From IMG/VR virus record IMGVR_UViG_3300002835_000017: a stretch of DNA of 64,000 bases. One strand, 5' to 3'. This stretch comes from a virus. Positions 47,310-58,200 of this stretch are shown piece by piece (position 1 is the first letter of the stretch; the number at the start of each line of letters is the position of its first letter). The notes beneath the pieces are model-generated. The model had not been told where the DNA came from and searched no databases. It saw only the letters and a program-made list of their open reading frames with translations. Both the position numbers and the translations under genes were made by a program.

Positions 47310-50300
47310 TAAAAATTAATTTTACTATATCCATTTTCTTTTTTAATTTCTATTAATCCATCTACTATATCTCTCATTTGTTCTAAATGTGAAATTATCC
47401 ATATAAAATCAAATTGAGTTTTAAGATACTGCATCATCATAAATAGGGATGATAAGTTATCCGAATCCAATGTACCAAATCCTTCATCTATTACTAAAAA
47501 GTTTGGACGAGGTAAGTTACATACATTAATGAGTGCTACTCTAATTGCTAATCCACTAACAAATTTTTCCATACCACTACACATTTCTAGTCCCCACTCC
47601 TGGTCATCATATACAATTTTAGCATTAATTGATTTACCATCCATCTCCATCGTAACTCCAAAATCAACTACTTGTGCTAAAATATTATTTACTTCGTTTT
47701 CTATTACTGGCAATGCCTTTGAAATTAATTCATAAGGTATTCCATCTCTCTTCACTGCATCCAAATAATAGGTGTACAGGCGGTTCTTTTCTTCCAATAC
47801 CTTAACATCATTCATCTTCTGTTTTATGTCCTCTATAAACGAAGATATGGATGAAATAGAACCATTTAAATTTGTTATATCTTTATTTAATTTATTAATT
47901 TCAATTCCAATATTATTTTTTGTTTTATTTAGTTCAGAAATTACACTTTCTATTTGTTTATTTTTAGAAATTGTATCTTCATTTTCATAATACTTATTTA
48001 TATTTTCATTAATAGTATTTAATTGGTTTTCTAATAATTGTTCTTTAGTTTTTAAAGCATCTAATTCAACTTCTGTTTTTTCTAAAACAATTTTACTTTT
48101 AGAATATGTGTTTTTTAATTCATTATACTCACTATATTGTGTATCTACACCATCTAATGTATTTAATTTAAATTGAATAGAATTAACAATATTTTTGGAG
48201 GTATTTAATTTGTTTTTTAAAATTACCAACTCATCTTTTGCGTTAATTGCATCTTTTACAAAAACATTATCACAACAAAATTCACAATTAGGGTCATATT
48301 TATGTTCTTCTAAATGTAAAATCTTTTCATTCAATGTTTCTTCTATATATTTTAGTTTTTGATAAGAATTTTCCGCTTCTAAAACTTCATTTTTAATACT
48401 AATATACTTTGAGTAGACAGTTTCGATATCAACATCAACTTCTTCTACTTTAAAAGTTTTATTGTTTACCAAAGAATGTGAAACTTCGGTTAGAATTGTA
48501 CTACATTCTATAATTTTATTTTCTTTCGTATTGTATTCTTTATATAAATTTTCTATTTGAGTTTTTAAATTCGTTTTACTTAATTCTAACTTTGGCAAAT
48601 CTAAATTGGAATCTATAGGAGTTAATTCTCTGCTTAATCCAACAATTTTATCATTCAAATCAGTTACTTCTATATTTTTATTGTTTAGTAATGTTTCTAA
48701 TGATTTTAATTGTGATTTTTTTTCAATTAATTCCTTACCTTTTTCGGCAAGTTCGGTTGTAAAATCCGTTTTCTTAAAGTTTTTAATCAATACTGAAACT
48801 TCTCTAATATCTTCGGTTGCAGTATCATACAATTTATCAAAAATAGTTAACCCCATAAATTGAGCAAGAAGGTCTTTCCTTTCCGATTGTGATTTATCAA
48901 TGAATAGAGCGTTATTACCTTGCAGTGATAGTGCAGTTAGTACAAAATCTTCATATTTTCCAACATATTGTTCAATAATTTGGTTTGTATCTCTTCTTTC
49001 GGTTCCATTTAATGAGGTTTTAGTATCACCATCTTGTCTCCAAAATTGAACATCTACTTTTACATTTTTACCTTTGTTAATTGTTTTAGCAGTTCTCTGA
49101 ATACCATAATCTACACCATCTATTTGAAAATATAATGTACAATCAAATTCTGTTTTACGATTATTTAAAATATTAGATGCTTTATATGCTCTACTGCTTT
49201 TATCATATAAACAAAATGATACCGCATCAAATAAAGAAGATTTACCTGCCGCGTTTGGAGCAAATAATCCAACTAATCCGTTTAATTTTGTAAAATCAAT
49301 TTTATTCTTTTCACCATAACTAAACATATTTGAAAATTCAAAACGAATTGGTTTCCATTGTATATTACGTTGGATATCATCTTGAACTATTCTACTATTT
49401 ATATCTCTATTAATCAGTTCTAGCCCTTTCAAATCTTCAGGAACTACAAATGGCATCATTCTTTCAATATACTCATTTATAAGTGAGTTTTGATAATTGA
49501 TATCCGAAATATCTTCAAAGTCTAATTTATTTAATCTATCACCTGTTTTAGATTTAGAAAGAGAATCGGTTCTGATAATTGTGAAATCCTCAATACCATA
49601 CCTCATCTTAATTTCAGCCATTACTTTTTTAGTATCGGCAGAATCGGTATTAGATAAACGAACTCTTAAACGAGGTTTTTTTGGCATATCCGTTACAATA
49701 GGAACTTTACCATTATCAACATCCATAGTATAATATCCATAATCATTTTGAATATCAACTTCTTCGTATTTCATACTATCTAAATCCCAAACAAGGAATC
49801 CGTGCTTATCCAGCGTTTCACCGAAGTTTTGTTGAATCAATGAACCCGCATAAACTATCTTACATCCACTTGGTGAAATCATAGTTTGTCTTTTATGAAT
49901 ATCACCTAATAGAGCTAAATCGTATCCATCAAACATTTCGGTTGTGAAATGACGAGATGAAACTGTGTATCCAATATCCGTTTGAGAGTTATCCACTGGC
50001 CCGTGAAATAGAGCAATCTTTTTATTAGAAGATAATGTATTTCCTTTTGGCCAATTTTCTTTTCTATCAAAAATACTAAATACTCCAAAATCTACCCCAC
50101 CAATTCCATACACTTGAGTATCTTTGAGATATGTGAAGTTTGGTAAATTTAGAGCCTCTACAATTGGTGTAAGTACATCCAATCTATCAGAATTATTCAT
50201 ATTACAATCGTGATTACCTGTAATAAGAATTGTTTCACAATGTTTAGAACATTCGGTAAATAACCAACTTATTTCTCTAACCAATTCAGGAGATAATTCC

Positions 50301-50467
50301 AATTTAGCATGAGCAATATCTCCTGCTAAATAAATGATTGAATCTTCCGTACCTCTTTTACGAATCTCCTCAAACATTTTTTCAAACACTTGCCGATACT
50401 CATTGTGTCTTTTCACATTACGGATGTGTATATCTGCAATATGATAAATCTTTTTTAATCTACTCAT
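47309..50467 (-). CDS. Fused Mre11/SbcD nuclease and Rad50/SbcC ATPase (gp47-gp46-like)
   Basis: DIH, GD, GNHD, GDIH; Walker A PNAAGKS; Zn hook CEFC; signature SGME; Walker B IDEGFG; H-loop ISH. Confidence 0.92.
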   Translation of the reverse strand: MSRLKKIYHIADIHIRNVKRHNEYRQVFEKMFEEIRKRGTEDSIIYLAGDIAHAKLELSPELVREISWLFTECSKHCETILITGNHDCNMNNSDRLDVLTPIVEALNLPNFTYLKDTQVYGIGGVDFGVFSIFDRKENWPKGNTLSSNKKIALFHGPVDNSQTDIGYTVSSRHFTTEMFDGYDLALLGDIHKRQTMISPSGCKIVYAGSLIQQNFGETLDKHGFLVWDLDSMKYEEVDIQNDYGYYTMDVDNGKVPIVTDMPKKPRLRVRLSNTDSADTKKVMAEIKMRYGIEDFTIIRTDSLSKSKTGDRLNKLDFEDISDINYQNSLINEYIERMMPFVVPEDLKGLELINRDINSRIVQDDIQRNIQWKPIRFEFSNMFSYGEKNKIDFTKLNGLVGLFAPNAAGKSSLFDAVSFCLYDKSSRAYKASNILNNRKTEFDCTLYFQIDGVDYGIQRTAKTINKGKNVKVDVQFWRQDGDTKTSLNGTERRDTNQIIEQYVGKYEDFVLTALSLQGNNALFIDKSQSERKDLLAQFMGLTIFDKLYDTATEDIREVSVLIKNFKKTDFTTELAEKGKELIEKKSQLKSLETLLNNKNIEVTDLNDKIVGLSRELTPIDSNLDLPKLELSKTNLKTQIENLYKEYNTKENKIIECSTILTEVSHSLVNNKTFKVEEVDVDIETVYSKYISIKNEVLEAENSYQKLKYIEETLNEKILHLEEHKYDPNCEFCCDNVFVKDAINAKDELVILKNKLNTSKNIVNSIQFKLNTLDGVDTQYSEYNELKNTYSKSKIVLEKTEVELDALKTKEQLLENQLNTINENINKYYENEDTISKNKQIESVISELNKTKNNIGIEINKLNKDITNLNGSISSISSFIEDIKQKMNDVKVLEEKNRLYTYYLDAVKRDGIPYELISKALPVIENEVNNILAQVVDFGVTMEMDGKSINAKIVYDDQEWGLEMCSGMEKFVSGLAIRVALINVCNLPRPNFLVIDEGFGTLDSDNLSSLFMMMQYLKTQFDFIWIISHLEQMRDIVDGLIEIKKENGYSKINF

Positions 50468-51405
50468 AAACTATTTATTTTATTTAATAGTAATTCTTCC
50501 GAAGTAAATTCTTTAGTTTTATTTAGTTCTTCGTAGAATTTTTCATACCCCATATCTGCGGCATCTTTATCTTTCAAATACATCATTTTAACTTGAATCC
50601 CATTTTTTCTAAAGTATTCTGCAGCTTTTAATGCGTCAGTCATTGCATCGTTATCTAATGATATAATAATGTTGCTTACTCCACTCATAAAGATTTTTTC
50701 AACCAATTGTTTTGATGGAAACTTACCTAAAAGTGGAATTGCATTTCTTTTAATTGTAATTGCATCAAATACACCTTCACATAATATAATTGGCTCATCC
50801 CAATTTATCTGTGATTCTAAACAAATTATATTTTTACTGATTGGTGGGTTTTTATATTTCATCTTCTCATCTGTATAATAAGAACGAGAAACAAAATAGT
50901 TTAGTGAACCTTCTAAACTATAAGATGGTATAATTATTCTTCTACTATACAATCCATCTTTACAATAACCAATATTGTATTTAACAATTTCCTTCATACC
51001 AATTCCTCTTTGAGAAAGATAGAACATAGCATGTTTATATTCTGGATTGAATCCTTTTGGTTCTTCTGCTAATGAAATAAATTCTTTTGGAAGTTGTATA
51101 AATACTCGAGTTTCTGCATCTTCTTGTTGTGGTGTCCAATTACTATCTCCGTATATTTCTCTAATTATTGATATGGTTTTTCTATCCACATCCAATTTAC
51201 GAAGTAATGATGTTAATTTTTTACCACCACTATTACAAGTCCAACAATGCCACTTTTGAGTTTCAGTATTTACTTGTAATTTGGGTTTATGGTGGTTACA
51301 AAAAGGGCAATAAAAGGCCAATTCATTACCTTTCAAATAATTATATGTACCCAACACATTCGATAGTGTGGTTGTAACGAGATTTTTATCAGTTTGATTC
51401 AACAC
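50464..51405 (-). CDS. DNA primase
   Basis: Zn finger CPFC..HCWTC; TOPRIM CEGVFD and LDND. Confidence 0.9.
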   Translation of the reverse strand: MLNQTDKNLVTTTLSNVLGTYNYLKGNELAFYCPFCNHHKPKLQVNTETQKWHCWTCNSGGKKLTSLLRKLDVDRKTISIIREIYGDSNWTPQQEDAETRVFIQLPKEFISLAEEPKGFNPEYKHAMFYLSQRGIGMKEIVKYNIGYCKDGLYSRRIIIPSYSLEGSLNYFVSRSYYTDEKMKYKNPPISKNIICLESQINWDEPIILCEGVFDAITIKRNAIPLLGKFPSKQLVEKIFMSGVSNIIISLDNDAMTDALKAAEYFRKNGIQVKMMYLKDKDAADMGYEKFYEELNKTKEFTSEELLLNKINSL

Positions 51406-51409
51406 AAAT

Positions 51410-51440
51410 CAAAGATAGTATAAATATTTTATATTTCCAA
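51410..51440 (-). promoter_or_regulatory. Bacteroidota housekeeping-type promoter overlapping a TATTTATA motif
   Basis: Minus strand TTG-N20-TATCTTTG (consensus TAnnTTTG); TATTTATA at 51419-51426 lies in the spacer. Confidence 0.65.
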
Positions 51441-51445
51441 GTCTT

Positions 51446-51850
51446 TTAAAACCAATCTTCTGGAATGATTTTATCCGCGTATTTGTACCCATTTTTTACA
51501 CACCAATCTGCGTATGTAGTTTTAGAGTTTTTTGTGATTTTGTTATTTGAGTTGGAAAATACGAATCTTATATCCAAATTTGGATTTTGAGCCTTAACTA
51601 ATAGATGTTTTTTCCTATCAGCTGCAACAAATCTACCTTTAGTTTCTACAAAAATGCCATTAGGTAATTTGAAATCAGGATTATAAGTGTGGTTTGAAGC
51701 GGGTACGATGTAAGGAATCTTTTCAGATTCATATTTAACATCGATACCCTTTTCTTTAATTTGACTTGAAATAGTTTCTTCAAGACCAGATTTAAATCCG
51801 TGTTTTCTACCAACCCAACTTTTAGATTTTTTTATAACTTTTTTAGCCAT
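51446..51850 (-). CDS. T7 endonuclease I-like Holliday junction resolvase
   Basis: FKSGLEE, YNPDFKLPNGIFVETKGRF..DRKKHL..LDIRFVF..TYADWC. Confidence 0.92.
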   Translation of the reverse strand: MAKKVIKKSKSWVGRKHGFKSGLEETISSQIKEKGIDVKYESEKIPYIVPASNHTYNPDFKLPNGIFVETKGRFVAADRKKHLLVKAQNPNLDIRFVFSNSNNKITKNSKTTYADWCVKNGYKYADKIIPEDWF

Positions 51851-51856
51851 TAAAAA

Positions 51857-52066
51857 TTATCGTTTTACTGAATCCGAATACTTTGCAAAGGTTTTTTCAC
51901 CACCTCTACCTGTTTTGAATTTTGCAGCAGTTAAAACTTGCTCATCTGCTTTTTGCAAATCATTTGTAGAATATGGAGTGTTTGCAGCCTTTCCAGCTTC
52001 AAATGAAATTTTATCAACACCTAGTGCCGATTGTTGGGTTTTGTATAATTCTTCTAATGTTGCCAT
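51857..52066 (-). CDS. Hypothetical protein
   Basis: 69 aa with TATTTATA motif at 52084-52091. Confidence 0.65.
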   Translation of the reverse strand: MATLEELYKTQQSALGVDKISFEAGKAANTPYSTNDLQKADEQVLTAAKFKTGRGGEKTFAKYSDSVKR

Positions 52067-52096
52067 TTGTTTTGTATTTTAAGTATAAATATAAGA

Positions 52097-53263
52097 TTAT
52101 GTGTCAAATCGTATAATAAAGTTTACAGGAATATCTCTTTCCGATTTAATTGGTTGAGGAAGTTTAGCTACCGCAACTAAATCACAATTATCATCGTATA
52201 AACCAATTGTTGTGATGAATGGTGTTAAGAAAGAACCAGTTGAATCGATAGAACTACTTAAATCATAATGTTCAAATCCTGCAAAGTGAGTAGAAGAACT
52301 TACAGATGATGTATAACGATAATCCAAAGTATTTCCATTTTCTAATATAGATTTTTTACGAATGTACTTAACAGGTTGTTTAGAGTATACTCTATGTGTA
52401 TTTCCAGAAGAATCTACAAATGATGTATATTCACCACCTTCCGTTACAACGGCGGATGGGTTTTGTGAAACATTAAATTCATCTTCATTAACAATCAATA
52501 GATATTCGTGCTCATAAATTGTTTTGGTGGATTTGAATGATAAGTCCCAATTAGATATCAATACATCATTGAGTGCTCGGGTGATTACAATCAACCCTTG
52601 GGTATAGAATATATTACCAATTGAATTTGTTCCTGCTGCGCCTGATAAAAATGGTATATTTTCTACTATCATTACACCACTTTCAATATTAAAACTAACA
52701 ATATTCATATCATAACTTATACCGTTATATGTTAGATTAAATATACTGTCTTCTATATCAAACCCCATAAATTGAAAAGAAGCAGTATACGCAGCAGATG
52801 CTAAATCTGTAAATATAATTTCATTATCTTGAATATCTATAGATACTACAGTAATAGTATCTCCCGCAGAATCTATTAAATTTCCAAAGGTATCATCTAT
52901 ATATGTTTTACCATTATCTAATAAATTGATTGAACCTTTTTTGATTCCTTCTCCAACATATATTTGTGGAATAGATATTACTTTTGCGGAACCACTTAAA
53001 AATCTATCTCTACCCGAATTAGAGATTTCGTATGTATTATTTTTGGAGCCAAATCTTAAAAATGGGTTATCTTCATTTCCATTATAAAATTGTGCTCTTA
53101 ATTGACCGTATATAGAATTTTGTGGATATAATCCAGATAATGTAGATGAATTTTCATTAGCTTCTAATAAATCTATTTCATTAGAACCACTAGAAAAGTT
53201 CCATTCTTTGTAGGCTTTGAAAGGCCTAATACTAATATCGGATTTGGGTATTCTTTTTAACAT
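52097..53263 (-). CDS. Baseplate/tail structural protein
   Basis: C-terminal PFITTIGLYDDNCDLVAVAKLPQPI; start moved to MLKRIPK because the longer call overlaps a terminator and promoter. Confidence 0.65.
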   Translation of the reverse strand: MLKRIPKSDISIRPFKAYKEWNFSSGSNEIDLLEANENSSTLSGLYPQNSIYGQLRAQFYNGNEDNPFLRFGSKNNTYEISNSGRDRFLSGSAKVISIPQIYVGEGIKKGSINLLDNGKTYIDDTFGNLIDSAGDTITVVSIDIQDNEIIFTDLASAAYTASFQFMGFDIEDSIFNLTYNGISYDMNIVSFNIESGVMIVENIPFLSGAAGTNSIGNIFYTQGLIVITRALNDVLISNWDLSFKSTKTIYEHEYLLIVNEDEFNVSQNPSAVVTEGGEYTSFVDSSGNTHRVYSKQPVKYIRKKSILENGNTLDYRYTSSVSSSTHFAGFEHYDLSSSIDSTGSFLTPFITTIGLYDDNCDLVAVAKLPQPIKSERDIPVNFIIRFDT

Positions 53264-53282
53264 ATCATATATAAATATAAAG

Positions 53283-53315
53283 AAATAAAAAACCCCCACC
53301 ATTTCTGACGGGGGT
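53283..53315 (-). terminator. Rho-independent terminator
   Basis: Minus strand ACCCCCGTCA-GAAA-TGGTGGGGGT followed by TTTTTATTT. Confidence 0.85.
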
Positions 53316-53347
53316 GTCCTTCGGTAGCATCCGTAAGGAATATGTTA

Positions 53348-54583
53348 TTAGAAATCAAGTTTTACTTTTATAGCTACTTCTTTATCAAATGATTTAGCAA
53401 TTGGTTTAGAAGTTTTAGCTACCGCTAATAATTCGTTTGCGTCATTGTACAAACCAACAGTTGTAATATACACATGCGGGTCTCTTTCGAACAACGGTTG
53501 TACAAATGCACCTACTGAACCAGTTACGAATGTTGGGTTGTTAGAGAAGTTAAATTCTCTATTGTTTGCTCTTACAAAGTAATGCGATGTAGAAACATTT
53601 TCAGTTCTACGAGCTTGGAAATCACCACCTCTTTTTAGTGCATCGTACAATTTCAATGAACCAGATACCGAACCTGATTGATGATATTTTAATGTAGTTG
53701 AACCAGCAGCTGCTGATAATTCACCACCAACTGATGCTGAAAGTGCAGTTGGGTTTAATAAGATAATACCCATATCAGGATAGAATAAACCATATCCTTG
53801 TTGTGTGTAAGTATCTGATACTTGTGCTACTGATGCAGTTAAGGATGTTCCAATATTCAATGCACCACTAACCATATTATAAACTCTACCAGCAGTTGTT
53901 ACATTTTCGCCAGTTCCACCTGAATCATCAATTAATGAAATATATCCAGCTGAACCTGATAGTGCGATTTGTATATTTCCTGGATCTAATTTTTCTTTAT
54001 ATCTAGCTCTATTAATGTTAAGTACATAGAATGATGATAAATCATGTCCTCCTGCGGTTGACCCAGTGTAAACACTAAAATATGCATCAGCTGCATCCAA
54101 TAATACATTTTTAAATTGATTATAAACTGCAGTAGTTTGCAAATTGGAATCATCATCTTGAGATAATGTAGGTGCTCCGTTTCCGTTTACATCTCCATAC
54201 GCGATGGAAAATTGAACCTCTGCAGAAGTTGATGAGGTTGCAACATTATATACATCCAAATAATACTTACCACTTACAGAGTTCAACTGTGTAGATGATG
54301 TGAAAAAATTAGTCAATGAACCTTCATCACCACTCCATATTCCAGAAGTTACAATTTCTGTTCTGTTTGTTACTTTATCAATTGCTCCAAATTTCTTATA
54401 TATACCATTTGTAATAGTGGTTATATCCGAACTAATTTGCTCACCCTGTCCTAAAAATTGGTTTACAATACTAACTAATTCATTTGTATCGATAGGAGTA
54501 CCTGCTACATTTGATTGTCCTGCCAAGTATTGAGCTATATTACTTGCTAAAAGGGCTCCTCTATTGTCTCTAATTAATGCCAT
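53348..54583 (-). CDS. Baseplate/tail structural protein (paralog of 52097 gene)
   Basis: GLFYPDMGIILL, EFNFSNNPTF, YITTVGLYNDANELLAVAK. Confidence 0.65.
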   Translation of the reverse strand: MALIRDNRGALLASNIAQYLAGQSNVAGTPIDTNELVSIVNQFLGQGEQISSDITTITNGIYKKFGAIDKVTNRTEIVTSGIWSGDEGSLTNFFTSSTQLNSVSGKYYLDVYNVATSSTSAEVQFSIAYGDVNGNGAPTLSQDDDSNLQTTAVYNQFKNVLLDAADAYFSVYTGSTAGGHDLSSFYVLNINRARYKEKLDPGNIQIALSGSAGYISLIDDSGGTGENVTTAGRVYNMVSGALNIGTSLTASVAQVSDTYTQQGYGLFYPDMGIILLNPTALSASVGGELSAAAGSTTLKYHQSGSVSGSLKLYDALKRGGDFQARRTENVSTSHYFVRANNREFNFSNNPTFVTGSVGAFVQPLFERDPHVYITTVGLYNDANELLAVAKTSKPIAKSFDKEVAIKVKLDF

Positions 54584-54591
54584 AGTTTATT

Positions 54592-55215
54592 TTATTGAAC
54601 GTAAGTTATCGTTACAGGTATTGTTTGTGAACCACCAGTTTCGTTACCATAAACCGTAATTGTAGTTTTGATAGTTGAAGTTAAAGATGGGTTTGGAATA
54701 AATTTAAATGTTAATCCTTTAGCAATTGCTGCGGTTGCAGATATATCATCACCAATAAAAATAGGCACTGAACCTACATCAGATGTTACTCCTTCTCCTA
54801 CAATATCACCTGCGTTTTTGTTTGATAATACAATTGTGTATCCCAAACTTCTATTTCCAGCTGGAGATGTTGTTGGTGATAATGAAACTTCACCACTTCT
54901 TTGATTAACTGAAATGGTTGGTATACCAAATTCTACAACAGGAATACGAGTTGTATTTTTAGGTAGTGTTACCAATTTATATTTCATTACTTGCGTTTCA
55001 TCAGGATTGGCTTCCAATACTGGCATATTCTTAATTGCCGCATCATAATATGCAGAACCAAGTGGATGTGCCGGTTCGTAAAGTGTGTAATCAATCTCAT
55101 CATCTGCTAACGCAAATTGAGTAATGTTTAATCCTTGTCCTGATGCTAATTTTTCTCTACCTTTTTTAGTAAGAATTGCATCAACAGTTAATTCACTATT
55201 ACTTAAATATCCCAT
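54592..55215 (-). CDS. Baseplate/tail-collar-like structural protein
   Basis: ILTKKGREKLA..ITQFALAD N-terminus; TATTTATA at 55238-55245. Confidence 0.6.
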   Translation of the reverse strand: MGYLSNSELTVDAILTKKGREKLASGQGLNITQFALADDEIDYTLYEPAHPLGSAYYDAAIKNMPVLEANPDETQVMKYKLVTLPKNTTRIPVVEFGIPTISVNQRSGEVSLSPTTSPAGNRSLGYTIVLSNKNAGDIVGEGVTSDVGSVPIFIGDDISATAAIAKGLTFKFIPNPSLTSTIKTTITVYGNETGGSQTIPVTITYVQ

Positions 55216-55264
55216 AATATTTTTATTATTCTTTGTTTATAAATATAATAATTTTTAAATTTCG

Positions 55265-58200
55265 TTATTCTACTTCCAAAATAGGTTCGGAAGAATCTCT
55301 ACCAGTTTTATTTACTTTTAATGTATTCGGATTAGATATAAATGTTTCAATCGGAGAACTACCATCTAGTGTAGTTGCCGCAGTATTTTTAGAACCCTTA
55401 AAGAAACTATTTTGTAATCCCCTAGTTAAATCGGAAGTAAATTTATTATGCGTTGGTAAATATCCATTTACATTTGTTACTTCTATTACATTGCCCCCAA
55501 CTGTTGGACTATTTGGTGCACCGAATGGTTGAATATTTAATCGTGTTTCAGTATAAGTTTGAATATCCGAAACATATCCACCACGTGGGTCTCCCAATCC
55601 GTTTGCAGATGCGGTAATTGCAAATTTTTGTATAATTCTTTCTTTTTCTTCCGTAACTAATTGTACTTTAATTCGTTCTTTAACAACTCTATTATCTTTA
55701 TTAAAATAAGTTCTAATCGCGGAACCGTTTTGTGCGTATATACCAAACCCAATTGTTTCAAATTCAGTTTGTCCTATAACTTGATTGGAATTTATAATAT
55801 CAATTTCAGTTACAATTGTAGGGGTTCCTAAATCTGCATCTATAGTTATTTCTTTTTGATAATAATCCGAATTAAAAACAAAATTAGAATTCATATCAAT
55901 AGTAGAATCCTGTTGATAATTTTCAGCCAATAAATTATTTACCGATGCAGTTGAAATCAATGCTTCATACTGATTGTTTTCTACCGTTAAATTTTCTGAT
56001 AAATTGGCATCTATTAATGTTTCTTTTTGAATATTTTCAAATGAAATAACACTAGTATCAGATAATTTTATTTCAGTTTCTTTCTGATAATCATCTGCAG
56101 TAGGTTTTTTGTGAACAACTTTACTTCTTTCTAAAAAGTGTGGTTCTATTAATAAACCAGTAGTTGCTTTAACCCTCGCAGGCAACATCTTTTTTAAATC
56201 TTCAAACATAGATTTCTCATATAGTTTGATTAGATTTATGTAAGCATATATATCTCTATTATCAAATCTTTGGAAATAATAATTTCTTAAATTATCCAAT
56301 GATTTATAATTTGGTTTATAATCATCCGATGGGTCACCAATGTAGTTATCAATATTTAACCCACCAAAAGTTTTAGCAATATCCATATTCAACTCTTTTG
56401 TAGGAGAGAAGAATAAACCAACTCTGTTAGAATCAGTTGGAGATTGGTCAAATGCTTTTTTAGTTGCTCTACTTTTTGAAGATAAATCTACACCAACACT
56501 TCCAGATATTTTTTGATTAGTTAAAGTATATTGGTCTTCGAATCTAACTTTATTAGTTGAAAATCTACTCGCTCCACCATCTGGATAATCCATTACAATT
56601 GTTCTATCGATTACTTCAAATTGAAATGGATATTCACTTATAGATGGGAAATTAAATGCCGATGCTGATAATAATGGTGTAGTGTTTACCGAATACAATG
56701 AAGCAGTAGTTCCATTTTCATAATCATTTCTAGTCAATCCATTTTCAAAATAAATGTTAGTATCAACATTTATTAACGAAGATGTTTGTGCTAAATTTTT
56801 AGGATATTCAAAATCTAAACGGAAATATAAATCATCGGTTGAAGATGAAACACTATTTCCATTAATCATTTCAGGAAATGAAACGTGTTCATAAAATCTT
56901 TCAGTATCCAATACTTCAGACCATAAACGGAATTCATCCACACTACCAATATAGTTTCCACCCAATCTAATTGTAGAACCATTATTCCAATTTGTATAAT
57001 TAGAAGATGATATTGATTCTTGGAATATAGTTCTTTCTTTATCGGCTTGTCTTACATCCAATTTTAATCCAGCAGAACCACTACTTACAGATATACCAAA
57101 AAATTTACCATTAAATATTGGTAATGTTGAGGTTTCTATTGATAGTGACCCACTATAATTAAATTTAACTTTACCATAATCACTATTTGTAGAACCACTT
57201 AAATTTACATTCCAGCCACTACCACTTATTAAAGTATATTGGGATGATTCTAATGGTTTTACAAATAATTCAATCGTATTTGGTTTAAGACTAGAAGTAT
57301 TATTTGTTTGTTTCCACTCCATCTGTATTGATGAAGTTAATGCCATGTTAAGACCCGTAGTAATATTATCTATTACCAACTTACTTTTAGATGTATCGTT
57401 TATTTCAGGACCTCCAAATTCTAAAATTGAAAGATTAGATGATGGAATACCATAACATGCCATCAATGCGTGAATACCTCTCCTAGTACCTTTATGTTTT
57501 AGTAGATATGGTAAGTTATTTACAATTCTTCTCCAAACTTCGTTAGTTCTTTGTTTGGCCGGATTTGATTCTTTATCATTACCTTCTTTATCCTTGCCAA
57601 ATACATAACTCCACAAATCGGCATCAGCTGCTAAATTTTTAGCATCCCAACTAAATGATTTTAATGTATCAAAAAGTAATTTGTCAGAAATGCCATCTTT
57701 TGCTTTATATCCTAAACCTCTACTTTTTTCAATTGATTTTGTATGGAAATAGATATTATCAAAATGATGTCCAATCATTGAGAAGAATAATAATAAACTT
57801 TCGTTTTCATCATTATTAACAATGAATTGAGGTATATTGTTTAATACATAATTTGAATTATTGGCATCATATATATTTGCAAGTTCTTCTATATTATTGT
57901 ACCAATTTTTAACTTCGTTAGATGTACTCAATCTTCGATTAGCACCATTGTAGGGCCAACTTAAAGAAGATGATGTGTATAAGAATTTTTCAAATCCATC
58001 AAATCCGTTTATTAATTGATTTTTCTTTAATTGTTGTCTTTCTGCTTCTTGTATAGATGGTAACGAACCACTATGTGCCTGTGATGCGTTAGCTGCTGAT
58101 AGAGCAGTTTCATATAATTCAATTAGTTGTATTTTATATACAAAGTTATCAATACGTTCATTTGCAGAACTGAAATGAACAAAATTCTCCCATAAATAAG

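Noticed and set aside
53264-53302. N-terminal extension of the 52097 ORF (MVGVFYFF...)
   Set aside because: Overlaps the terminator and TATTTATA motif; ATG at 53263 is more plausible
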